This document shows, one piece after another, positions 54,052-63,482 of a stretch of DNA of 64,000 nt. The DNA is from a virus. The position numbers and the translations under genes are program-made. How positions within the stretch are numbered: position 1 is the first letter of the stretch; every line of letters begins with the position of its first letter. The notes below the pieces were generated by a model. That model was not told where the DNA came from. It saw only the letters and a list, made by a program, of their open reading frames with translations, and ran no database searches. Location: positions 160,001 through 224,000 of the IMG/VR virus record IMGVR_UViG_3300045988_154312; one strand, given 5' to 3'.

Positions 54052-54118
54052 ACAAATAGCTTCTTTTATGATATTATAATTGTATAAACAATGTAATTAT
54101 TATAAAGGAGCATTTTCT

Positions 54119-54748
54119 ATGTTAACATTAAAAGAAATTTTTCAAACAAGAAATATCAGTCAAGACTTTTTTAAGTCTAATAAGTATGTGAATCAAGGCG
54201 CATCATATTTAAGTATTGATGACGTTACTATGATTCTTAATGAGTTGTTTAATGGCAACTGGTCTTTTGAAGTAGTACGTACTTGGTCAGAAACATATCT
54301 CGCTTATAATCAAGAAAAATCTGATAATAAGACAGAAGACACATATTTCTATGCCCACGGTCGTTTAACTATTAATACATTAAACGAAGACGGATCTCCT
54401 TTACAAATTATTAAAGAAGATATTGGCAGTAATTGTGTTCGTAAGTCTGATAAAAATAATAGAATGGATTATTCTAGCGGATATAAATCTGCCGTAAGTA
54501 GTGCTTTAAAAGGCTGTGCTGCCAACTTAAATATTGCTGTATTTAAAGATGATAATTTCGACAATATTAAAGAATTTATTAATAAGAAAAAACTTAAAGC
54601 ATATAAAGCTCAGGATGGAAAATGTTTTAGTGATATTGTTACTAAGTTTGCAGAAAATAATAATATTAGTCCAAAAGAAGCTTTAAGTGATCGTAAATTC
54701 TTAAATATGTTAGTATTATACATCGAAAGAGAAAGTGGCGAACAATAA
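54119..54748 (+). CDS. Rad52/Sak-like single-strand annealing protein (tentative)
   Basis: ATG after AAAGGAG. Contains ILNELFNGNWSFEV, HGRLTI and SSGYKSAVSSALKGCAANLNIA, which resemble Rad52-family SSAP motifs. Confidence 0.5.
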   Translation: MLTLKEIFQTRNISQDFFKSNKYVNQGASYLSIDDVTMILNELFNGNWSFEVVRTWSETYLAYNQEKSDNKTEDTYFYAHGRLTINTLNEDGSPLQIIKEDIGSNCVRKSDKNNRMDYSSGYKSAVSSALKGCAANLNIAVFKDDNFDNIKEFINKKKLKAYKAQDGKCFSDIVTKFAENNNISPKEALSDRKFLNMLVLYIERESGEQ

Positions 54749-54939
54749 TGATTATTTCAGATCCAGAGGATAAAGTATATTTTAAATGTCCTCGATGCGG
54801 GAATCGACGATTCGAAAAGGTCGAGTTATTTGAGTTCAAAATGTTCCCACGACAAAATGAATATACTGCATTAAAAGATGCGGATGTTTATCGTTGTCAT
54901 AACTGTAAACATATCGTAACGAAAGATCAAGTCCGTTAA
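54748..54939 (+). CDS. zinc-ribbon protein
   Basis: 63 aa. CPRCG ... CHNCK. Confidence 0.65.
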   Translation: MIISDPEDKVYFKCPRCGNRRFEKVELFEFKMFPRQNEYTALKDADVYRCHNCKHIVTKDQVR

Positions 54940-54957
54940 GGGCTTGGTCTTTTTTTA
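54925..54957 (+). terminator. intrinsic terminator (overlaps the stop codon)
   Basis: GATCAAG...CTTGGTC (one G:U pair) followed by T7. Confidence 0.5.
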
Positions 54958-54975
54958 TTAGTATAGGAGACAACA

Positions 54976-55590
54976 ATGTTAATTAATTTGTACGATTATC
55001 GAATTAACATTAGAACGGCTGGCCCATCGATGCACGATAATTTGCGAAGTGAATTATACTTTGCGGGTTGTCAACGTGCTATGAATGGTACACCATGTAA
55101 GGGTTGTTTTAACTATGATCTATGGCAAAGTGATGTCGGCAGCATGATCGATCACAAATTAATAGTTCTTAAGTTAAACGACATGGGATCTGTTAAGAGT
55201 GTTACGATTGTCGGTGGTGAACCTACTGATCAAATCGATGGCTTAGTTGAATTATGTAAAGAATTAAAAGCTAACGGCTATCATATTATCGTAATCACAT
55301 GGAAGTCGTTAGAAGATATTTGGAAATTTGACGATGTCGATAAATATATCGAGTTATTCTATAACATCGATATGTTAGTCGATGGCGTATACGATGAACA
55401 TCAACGTATCTATGATGATACCGAAACAGTTCCGTTATATAGTTTTGTCGGTAGTTCTAATCAATTAATTCATGACTTCAGTAAGTATATTGAAGGTCAT
55501 AAAGTTTTTAAATCATATCGCATCACAAAAGATATTATCGATATGAAAATTCGTGAAGATGGAGGGGCTGAATTTGTCCGACGTAATTAA
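54976..55590 (+). CDS. nrdG: NrdG-like radical-SAM activase (anaerobic RNR activating protein family)
   Basis: Contains FAGC..8..CKGCFN, TIVGGEPTDQ, MLVDGVYD and VGSSNQLIHDF, matching the NrdG layout. Confidence 0.55.
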   Translation: MLINLYDYRINIRTAGPSMHDNLRSELYFAGCQRAMNGTPCKGCFNYDLWQSDVGSMIDHKLIVLKLNDMGSVKSVTIVGGEPTDQIDGLVELCKELKANGYHIIVITWKSLEDIWKFDDVDKYIELFYNIDMLVDGVYDEHQRIYDDTETVPLYSFVGSSNQLIHDFSKYIEGHKVFKSYRITKDIIDMKIREDGGAEFVRRN

Positions 55591-56050
55591 TATTAAAGAA
55601 ACATTAATTAATACATCATTAATTTTAGATCAAGATAAAAAGAACTTTTCTATTAAATACGATCTTAATATCGATGAAGACGATGCTGTATTAAATTTTA
55701 GCATTACTAGTGCTGATAATAAACAAACGATTACTGAACATTTAGATTGGGATGAAGATGTTATCCCGATGCTAAGTAAATGTATTAAAGGTAAATGTTC
55801 GTTAACAGAATTAAAACAATATAACGATTATGTTAAAACATTAGTCGCTGAAAAATTTACGTTAGATTTTCTTAATGGTTTCGTCGATACTCTCGAAATA
55901 TTCTATCAAGAAGTATGTAAAATTAGCGATAGAACTATTGCTGCTAAACTTAATAGTGGTTTTACCGAAACTATTAAGACAATGGATATTTTTATTACTC
56001 AAATGAATGAATATCTCGAAGAAGATAGAAAAATTAGTTTGAGTGCTTAA
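55553..56050 (+). CDS. hypothetical protein (start uncertain)
   Basis: 165 aa. It overlaps the previous gene by about 38 nt. Confidence 0.55.
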   Translation: MKMEGLNLSDVINIKETLINTSLILDQDKKNFSIKYDLNIDEDDAVLNFSITSADNKQTITEHLDWDEDVIPMLSKCIKGKCSLTELKQYNDYVKTLVAEKFTLDFLNGFVDTLEIFYQEVCKISDRTIAAKLNSGFTETIKTMDIFITQMNEYLEEDRKISLSA

Positions 56051-56075
56051 TTTTAATTAACAAAAGGAAGTAAAA

Positions 56076-57146
56076 ATGGATAATCTTAAATTAATTAACA
56101 TGGGTAAAGGTAACGGCTATCGCCCTGTCGTATGGATTAAATCTTTAGAACGCGAACGTGCGATGTCTTATGTATTTAATCTTATCGACGAAGATAATCG
56201 TAGTTTAGGTTCTTCTGATTTAGAAGATTGTTTCGCAGAAACAGAATCTAAAAAAGTATTGGTATTATCTCCCGAAAGATTTTTAGGAGAGTTTAATCTT
56301 AATTCTTTAAAAAATAAAAAAGAGCGTTCTTTCGACTATAACGAAGATATTAAAGTAATCGATACGCTTAAAAATAAACAACAAATTCGTAATGCATTAA
56401 TGGCATTAGAAGCATTAAAAGAAAATGAATTAAAAGGTTTGCCTGCATTATTTATCGAGCCAAATTTATTGTTTACGAATGAAACATATTTGTATTTGTT
56501 TAGTAATATGATTAATTTTAAAGCCGATGGTTCTGCTATTTATGTCGTATCAACAGTAAGTCCTAATGAAAAGATTAAGAACTTATGCTACGAAATTGAT
56601 CTCGATGCTCTTACGCTAAAAGAAATCAAACGTTATTTAAATAAATATGAATGTGAAGACATCGATAAATGTGCCGAAGCTTTGTTAGGTCTTACGTATA
56701 TTCAAATGTTACAAACTATTGAATATGTAGCTGATAATAAGACTATTAACGAAGCTGAAATTCATAAATTTAAATCTGAAAACTTCGATACAAGTATGCT
56801 CGAAGTAAGTCATCCTACTATGTCTGTCGACGATATGGGTGGCTATAAAGATTTTAAAGATTATGTAAAAACATTACCAATGTTCTATACAAAAGAAGCA
56901 CGCGAAAAGCATATTAAATCTCCTAAAGGTTTTATTGCGTTTGGTGTGCCAGGTTGCTCTAAAACTGTATCGGCAAGTATTATTGCAAATACATTAAATG
57001 TTCCGTTAGTTAATATTAATTTGAGTAAAATTATGCAAGGCTTTGTTGGTGCTTCTGAAGCTAATATGGAACAAGCACTTAACCAAGTAAAACAGTTAAA
57101 ATACTGTGTCTTGTTGCTTGACGAAGCGGAAAAGCTCTTTGGCGGT
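56076..57146 (+). CDS. Ycf46-like AAA+ ATPase, exon 1
   Basis: Walker A at FGVPGCSKT and Walker B at VLLLDEAEKLFGG|. The ORF then runs into a stop 9 nt later, inside the intron. Confidence 0.8.
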
Positions 57147-57159
57147 TATTATTAAGAGT

Positions 57160-57188
57160 TTGCAAATACCTTTTTTATCCTGTAATAT
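57160..57188 (+). promoter_or_regulatory. possible SigA-type promoter for the intron ORF
   Basis: TTGCAA, a 17-nt spacer, then TAATAT. Confidence 0.35.
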
Positions 57189-57222
57189 ATAGTTAAATAC
57201 TAGTTATTTACAGGAGTTTAAC

Positions 57223-58407
57223 ATGGAAAACAATAAAAATAAATGGATATTCTATACATGTAAAAATTGTAGCTCGGAATTTAAACGTATGAGATGCGAC
57301 GTTAATTTTCGAAAAAAGAAAAATCCAGACTTTGAACCATTATTTTGTTCAAAAAAATGCATGCATGAATTTGCTCATAAAAACATTGTATATCATGACT
57401 ACATCTGTCTTGAATGTGGAAATATGTTTCAAAAAAGTGAGCGAGAAATTAAAAATGCTAATAAAAAAAATCAGCCTATAAAATTCTGTTCTCGAGAATG
57501 TAAAGATAAACATTGGGGACGTAATCAGTTAAATGTAAAATGTGATTGCTGTGGGAAAGATTTTAAGGTACAACGAAAATTTAAAAACAAAAAACATTAT
57601 TTTTGTTCTTCTAATTGTTGTAAAAAATTTAATGAAGATAATAATCTTCGAGGAACAACTATTGATTTAATTTGTAAAAAATGCGGAAAGACTTTTACAG
57701 TTACAAATAGTTATCTTAAAAAACAATTAAAAAGAAAACAAAATGTAGTATATTGTTCATTAGAATGTAAAAATTCTGATCATGAAAATTTTAAAAAAAA
57801 ATATGATTACAAATTAGAAAGTTTAAAATGTGATTATTGTGGCAAAAGAATAGAAAAAGGTTTAAATCGATTAAAAGATTATTTTCTTGGTAAAAATAAA
57901 CACATTTATTGTTCTAATGAATGTGCCACTTTGGCAAAGAAAAAACAAATCGAAGTTTCTTGTGACTATTGTCATAAAAAATATACTATAAATGAATATC
58001 GTTTTAAAAACAATAATAAAAATTTTTGTTGTTTAGAGCATAAGAAAGCATTTGTTCAAAAAGAAAAAGAAACGTATGCAGAAATATCGCATTATTTAAG
58101 AACATCTAAAAAATATAATACATGGAGGCTTTCATGTATGGAACGAGATAATTTTAAATGTGTAGAATGTCATGAAGATTCTAACTTAATTGTTCATCAT
58201 ATTAATGAATTATATAATATTGTAAAAAAATATAATTTTATTTTAGATGACATATTAAATAGTTTTGAATTTAATGACATAAATAATGGTATGACATTAT
58301 GTAAAGAATGTCATAATAAAAAACATCCATGGTTAAAAGATGAAAAAGGAAGATTTGTAAATAGCATAGCCGCGTCATTATCAACAGATTCAGAAGATAA
58401 TGACTAG
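57223..58407 (+). CDS. HNH homing endonuclease with six tandem zinc-ribbon repeats
   Basis: C-terminal motif CVECHEDSNLIVHHIN...NNGMTLCKECHNKKH. The N-terminal ~270 aa hold six repeats of C-x2-C-x(15-25)-(F/Y)C(S/C)xxC. Confidence 0.85.
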   Translation: MENNKNKWIFYTCKNCSSEFKRMRCDVNFRKKKNPDFEPLFCSKKCMHEFAHKNIVYHDYICLECGNMFQKSEREIKNANKKNQPIKFCSRECKDKHWGRNQLNVKCDCCGKDFKVQRKFKNKKHYFCSSNCCKKFNEDNNLRGTTIDLICKKCGKTFTVTNSYLKKQLKRKQNVVYCSLECKNSDHENFKKKYDYKLESLKCDYCGKRIEKGLNRLKDYFLGKNKHIYCSNECATLAKKKQIEVSCDYCHKKYTINEYRFKNNNKNFCCLEHKKAFVQKEKETYAEISHYLRTSKKYNTWRLSCMERDNFKCVECHEDSNLIVHHINELYNIVKKYNFILDDILNSFEFNDINNGMTLCKECHNKKHPWLKDEKGRFVNSIAASLSTDSEDND

Positions 58408-58660
58408 CTTTGGGGAAAAAATCTGGAAGGCTAAGTTGTATTAATATACAATATGCTAATCAGAGGTGAAGGTTTAATAAAATTAAACCAGCCGCAACGC
58501 GTAGTAGGTGAAAAGATATAATCCTACCAAGAGGCCCCAACCCTATGAATCTTTTATAAAGGTGAAAAGGTACGCTAAACTGGATCGGAAAAGACCGATC
58601 GATGAAAATGAAGGAAACTTCCAGAGCTGTATGTAAAAATATACAGGATAATAACATATG

Positions 58661-59227
58661 TATGCAAGTTCTAATAGTACTGATGGAGGCACTTTGTCTC
58701 GTGTAATGAGTCGTTTGTTAACATTCTTGCACGAAAATGAAAATACACTTACTATCTTTACTAGTAACGATATTACGAAGTTACCTCCAGAACTATTACG
58801 TGCTGGACGTATCGACAGTCAATGGTATTTCCCAGTACCTAATAAGAAAGAAGCTCGTGAAATCTTAGATATCTATTTAGCAAAATATGATATTAAAGTA
58901 ACGCCAGCTATGATGAAACATTTAATGTCTGGTATCGATAAATTTACTGGTGCTGAAATCGAACAAACTGTAATTAATTTACAACGTGTATTGTTCTTAA
59001 ATCAAACAGAAACATTGACTAAGAAATTAATCGAAGAAGCATTAAGTACTATCGTACCAGTTACACGTAGCTCTACCGATGCAATTCGTATGCTCGAAGA
59101 ACATGCTCGTCGCTTTGCTGTGTATGCATCTAAACCAGAAACTGATCTTATTAATGATAATGAAGACGAAGATTATTCTGTGTTTCAAGACGACGAAGAA
59201 GACGAAGCAGTAAGTATGTTTAAATAA
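58661..59227 (+). CDS. Ycf46-like AAA+ ATPase, exon 2
   Basis: Contains TIFTSNDITKLPPELLRAGRIDSQWYFPVPNKKEAREIL (sensor and arginine-finger region). The spliced product is about 545 aa. Confidence 0.8.
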   Translation, partial: YASSNSTDGGTLSRVMSRLLTFLHENENTLTIFTSNDITKLPPELLRAGRIDSQWYFPVPNKKEAREILDIYLAKYDIKVTPAMMKHLMSGIDKFTGAEIEQTVINLQRVLFLNQTETLTKKLIEEALSTIVPVTRSSTDAIRMLEEHARRFAVYASKPETDLINDNEDEDYSVFQDDEEDEAVSMFK

Positions 59228-59243
59228 GGAATTAGATTAATAA

Positions 59244-59615
59244 ATGGCAATTATTAAGTTTAATGCTAATGCAAATGCTAAAAAAGAATCTAATTCTGAA
59301 AAAGCTAAAGCATTAGCAAAACAATTAAATGAAAAAGCTGATAAGAAATTGAAGGAGGAGGCACAGATTCTCATTCGAGATATCAATGTCTGCCTTCAAT
59401 CTCTTCAAGCTTTCGAAGCATTAACAGAAGATGTATTTCCCGTAAGTGAAGTATTAGCCGACACATTATCGACTATTACACGAGTTATTATTGACTCTAA
59501 GGGGAATACATTCTATAATGATAGTAAGGCAGTCGAACTTCGTCAAAAAGCGAAAAAAGGCTATATTAAACGAACTTTTCCTAAAGAATATAAGTTCGTT
59601 AAAGATAATATCTAG
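59244..59615 (+). CDS. hypothetical protein
   Basis: 123 aa, Lys/Ala-rich at the N-terminus. Confidence 0.6.
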   Translation: MAIIKFNANANAKKESNSEKAKALAKQLNEKADKKLKEEAQILIRDINVCLQSLQAFEALTEDVFPVSEVLADTLSTITRVIIDSKGNTFYNDSKAVELRQKAKKGYIKRTFPKEYKFVKDNI

Positions 59616-59624
59616 GTAATATAT

Positions 59625-59649
59625 AATTACGATACCGTAATTATTTTTA
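59625..59649 (+). terminator. intrinsic terminator
   Basis: AATTACG-ATAC-CGTAATT followed by ATTTTT. Confidence 0.5.
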
Positions 59650-59693
59650 CAATATATACGTATATTTTATTTTAAAACAGGAGGACAATTATT

Positions 59694-60101
59694 ATGTCTA
59701 AATACGTACGTCAACAAATCGAAACTTTATCTGATGTGGATCAATCCGTTTTCATGCAAATGATGCAAGACGATCGTTTTGAAAAAGGCTTTACAGTCGA
59801 CTTCGACGATAAACGCCTTGCTGACAATTACTATGGCGTAACAGTACCAAGAGATCAACGTGATGTTGATTGCACTGTTCGCATCAATGGTAAAACTCAA
59901 GTCGGTCTTGTATTCAAAGAAGATGGTAAACTTGAAATCCGTGGCGATTTCTGGGGCACTAGCATGTCTTTGAAAACTTTGTCCGAACAATTGGGTATGT
60001 TGTATCAAGCATATAACTTTGCTTATCAATTGGACGCTATGAATTTCATGGGTCAAATCGAACAAACTCAAGATTATATCGAACTTACTTATACTCGATA
60101 A
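59694..60101 (+). CDS. DUF1257 (Ycf35)-like protein
   Basis: SD CAGGAGGA. Contains VGLVFKEDGKLEIRGDFWG, which resembles the DUF1257 signature. Confidence 0.45.
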   Translation: MSKYVRQQIETLSDVDQSVFMQMMQDDRFEKGFTVDFDDKRLADNYYGVTVPRDQRDVDCTVRINGKTQVGLVFKEDGKLEIRGDFWGTSMSLKTLSEQLGMLYQAYNFAYQLDAMNFMGQIEQTQDYIELTYTR

Positions 60102-60111
60102 TATAAATAAT

Positions 60112-60148
60112 AAGGGGTCGTTTTTCGGCCCCTTTTATTTATTTTTTT
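60112..60148 (+). terminator. intrinsic terminator
   Basis: AAGGGGTCG-TTTTT-CGGCCCCTT followed by a T-rich run. Confidence 0.8.
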
Positions 60149-60175
60149 AGTTAATCAGAAAAGGAAGATTTAAAA

Positions 60176-60364
60176 ATGCAAGAAATTAAAATTCGTATTA
60201 CAAAAGACGGTCAAGTTACATATGAAACTCAAGGTTTCCAAGGTCAATCTTGTGAACAAATCGTTCAACAAGTAATGGTATCCAATGGTAAAGTTGAAGA
60301 AGATACTAATAAACCAGAATACTATGATAGTGTACCTGAATTTATTAATAACATTGGTAACTAA
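60176..60364 (+). CDS. DUF2997-like small protein
   Basis: IKIRITKDGQVTYETQGFQGQSCEQ...PEYY matches my recollection of the DUF2997 pattern. Confidence 0.45.
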   Translation: MQEIKIRITKDGQVTYETQGFQGQSCEQIVQQVMVSNGKVEEDTNKPEYYDSVPEFINNIGN

Positions 60365-60379
60365 TAAATAAGAAAAATA

Positions 60380-60407
60380 AGTCGGCAGTTAATTCTGTCG
60401 ACTTTTA
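60380..60407 (+). terminator. intrinsic terminator
   Basis: AGTCGGCAG-TTAATT-CTGTCGACT followed by TTTT. Confidence 0.7.
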
Positions 60408-60479
60408 TTATATCTAATTATTTAGGCGTATAGCCTGTTCTTAATTGTTATATGTATTATATATGAAAGGAGAGGCTAT

Positions 60480-62448
60480 ATGTCTAAGTTATTAGAAGGT
60501 CTAAATGAACAACAATTGCCTGTAGCAAAACGCATTAACGGAAAATTTATCGTTAATGCTAGTGCCAGGCAGTGGTAAGACTGCAACTATCGTTACTCGT
60601 ACTGCTTATATGATCGAACAAGGTATCGATCCTGCCAATATTTTAATGTTTACATTTACTCGTAAAGCAGCACTTGAAATGAAAGAACGCATGATTGCTA
60701 AAATCGGTGCAATTGCTAAACCAGTTACAGTATGTACATATCATTCTTTCAGTTCTATGTTATTAAGAAAATTTTCCTATCTTATTGGATATGAAAATAA
60801 CTTCACAGTATGTGATGCTGACGAGAGTGAAAAAATCATTAAAGATATTTGTGGTTCTAATATTAAATTAAAAGACGTTGCGATCATTATGATCGGTCAA
60901 TGGAAAACACAAGGTTTAACATATACTGAAGCTAAGCAAGATAAAGAAATCCAAGCTAATTTTACATTAGCTGCCGATGTCTATGAGAAATACCAACGTA
61001 AATTAGAATCCGAAAACATGATGGATTTTAATGATCTAACTATGTTAGCTGCTCGTATTTTGAATAACTATACAGAAGTGCAACAATACGTTTGGAATAA
61101 ATATAAATACGTTATCGTCGACGAAGCCCAAGATAGCGCGGTTTCTAACTGGTATTTCATTAACAAGATTGCTGAAGGCAATGAAAACTTATGCATGGTT
61201 ATGGATAATAATCAAAGTATTTATGCATTCCGTGGTGCTGAAATTGATTTCATCTGTAAGCAAATTGTCGACGGTGGTTTCGATCAATACGTGTTAGAGC
61301 AAAATTATCGCTCTACTAGCAATATTGTTAATGCAAGTAATGCCGTTGTCGATAATAATCCAGCTATTATTAAAAAAGAAGCTTTTAGTAAACAAGATGC
61401 TGGTACTAAAATTTACGTTAAGCAAGTTAATGATCAAACTGCTGAATCTGAATATGTCGTAAGAAGTATTCATGCCGCAGTTAAAGGCGGTCTTAACTAT
61501 AAAGATATTTGTATTTTAGCTAGAACTAAACGTCAATTTGAAATTTTTGAAAAAACTTTTTTAAAATGTGCAATTCCTTATACATTAGTAAGTGGTTTAC
61601 CATTTTGTAATCGTAAAGAAATTAAAGATATTCTAGCTGTATTAAGATTGCTGTTAAATAATAAAGATGAAGAAGCATTAAAACGTATTATTAATATTCC
61701 TAAATGTGGTATTGGCGATGCATCCTTTAATAAATTAATGTTAGAATGTGGTGAATCTAGCGTTATTGAAAAAGCTAAGAAAAATGTAATGCTATTAAAA
61801 GGCAAGGCTAAAAAAGGCGCCGAAACATTCTTGAAAAAGTTTGGTAGAGTCGTAAAATTTGCTCAAGAAAATGTCGAACCAGCATTAATTATCGAATATT
61901 ATTTAAATGAATTTGATTATAAAAATTATTTGATCGAGTCCTATCGCTCTGAAGAAGACAAAGAAAAAAATGACGAAGACAAAACTCAAAACGAAGCTTG
62001 GACTCGTCAAAAGAATGTCGATGAGTTAATTCATATTGCGGAAGAATATGATTGTGTAAGCGATCTATTAGAATCGACATTAGGTTTCGACGAGGAATCT
62101 GTCGAAGAAGAAGAACGTGATGCTGTTAGCCTTATGACTATTCATGCATCTAAAGGTCTTGAATTCGATATGGTATTTATCGTTGGCGGTAATGAAGGAT
62201 TATTCCCTCACCAAAATTCTTTAAACGACATTGCTCAGATTCAAGAAGAACGTCGTCTATGGTATGTAGCTATGACTCGAGCTAAAAGCATTCTAAGCAT
62301 TTCTTACTTCAATTTATATAAACAATTTGGTCAAACTAAAGTATTAAAAGGTAGTCGCTTTATCGAAGAGATTCCGTCTGAATTTAAAAAAGAAAGTTTA
62401 ATGGAATCTAAAAAAGTTAAAGTTGAGAATATTGATAATTTATTTTAA
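60480..62448 (+). CDS. UvrD/PcrA-like SF1 helicase; needs a +1 frame change near 60567
   Basis: The ATG at 60480 (SD GAAAGGAGAGG) encodes MSKLLEGLNEQQLPVAKRINGKFIVNASA and stops at 60576-60578. The next frame carries GSGKT from 60556 on, plus the motifs VIVDEAQD, QNYRS, MTIHASKGLEFD and LWYVAMTRA. Confidence 0.8.
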
Positions 62449-62501
62449 TTTTAATGGTAATATATTAGTACGGTTAAGATTTAAATAAAAGGATATTCTC
62501 T

Positions 62502-63128
62502 ATGCAATTTTTAAAATTATTATTTGAAATGCTGAAAGAATTTTATACTAAGCATAAGATAATATGCTGGGCTATATTAGCAATTATTATTATGATAGTA
62601 ACTAATTTATTTCAGTATTTTGTCGATCAAAAAAAATATGAGGATTGGGATCGTAAACATCATGTAACTAGTTACAGTTTTGAAGATCAAAAGCATATGT
62701 CTTATAATGATAAATTAACTTTTGATAATATGCGAAGAGAGCTAATAAATAAGAGAAGCACTCCGGTCATTCAAGAAGTAGTTAAAACTCAATATGTATA
62801 TGGTCAAGAACCTCAAACTGTATTTAAAGAAGTCCAATACGTTGCTCGTGGCGGTGAATCTAATATTATTAGTCAAAAAACACAAGAAGCGATTCGTGGC
62901 AAAGCCGACGAAACTAAAATTATCGAAGAAGAAAAAAGTGTCGACGTATATAAGATTAATCACGAGAAAAAGTTTAAATTAAAAGTCGGAGCTACTTATC
63001 TAGACGGTAAAGGTTATATGAACTATGGCGTTCAATATAAGCGTATCGAAGGCATTGTTCATACTAAAGATATGAATCCAAGTCATATCGATGGCGGTAC
63101 AGTAATGTGGACGGCATATCAACGATGA
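62502..63128 (+). CDS. membrane-anchored hypothetical protein
   Basis: 208 aa with an N-terminal TM segment. Confidence 0.65.
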   Translation: MQFLKLLFEMLKEFYTKHKIICWAILAIIIMIVTNLFQYFVDQKKYEDWDRKHHVTSYSFEDQKHMSYNDKLTFDNMRRELINKRSTPVIQEVVKTQYVYGQEPQTVFKEVQYVARGGESNIISQKTQEAIRGKADETKIIEEEKSVDVYKINHEKKFKLKVGATYLDGKGYMNYGVQYKRIEGIVHTKDMNPSHIDGGTVMWTAYQR

Positions 63129-63433
63129 TGTGTCAGAAACTAATAAGCCCTAATGAATTATTAAACCAGTATATTAAAGAAACTGGCATGACGACTAAAG
63201 AATGGGCTACGATATTAGATATTCCTTATAGAAAATTAAAATTAATAAGAATCGGCGCAGAGGATGTCGATCTTACATTACTAACTAAATTAAGTATGGC
63301 TACTAAAACTTCATATCGTATATGGAGCGACTGTTTTTGGACACATAAAGCTTATGTATATAGCCAGGCAATATTAGATAAATTTCCGACAAAGTTTAAG
63401 AAAACTATTAACAAATTAATAGGATATGAATAG
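63125..63433 (+). CDS. hypothetical protein with a possible helix-turn-helix
   Basis: ATGA overlap start. Contains GMTTKEWATILDIPYRKLKLI, which looks like an HTH. Confidence 0.5.
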   Translation: MMCQKLISPNELLNQYIKETGMTTKEWATILDIPYRKLKLIRIGAEDVDLTLLTKLSMATKTSYRIWSDCFWTHKAYVYSQAILDKFPTKFKKTINKLIGYE

Positions 63434-63461
63434 ACGGTCTCATTGAGGCCGTCTTTTTTTA
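63433..63461 (+). terminator. intrinsic terminator
   Basis: GACGGTCT-CATTG-AGGCCGTC followed by T7. Confidence 0.75.
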
Positions 63462-63482
63462 TTATATAAAGGAATAAAAAAA

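Larger units (their letters stand above)
57147..58660 (+). mobile_element. group I intron (~1.5 kb) carrying an HNH endonuclease ORF
   Basis: U at -1 (57146) and G at 58660. Joining the exons gives an in-frame ...EKLFGG|YASSNSTDGGTLSRV.... Core-like blocks lie 3' of the ORF: AATCAGAGGTG, CAACGCGTAGTAGG and AAGATATAATCCTACC. Confidence 0.7.

Noticed and set aside
59727-60071. 114-aa minus-strand ORF opposite the DUF1257-like gene
   Set aside because: It is an antisense shadow. The + strand ORF has a strong SD and a recognisable family pattern.
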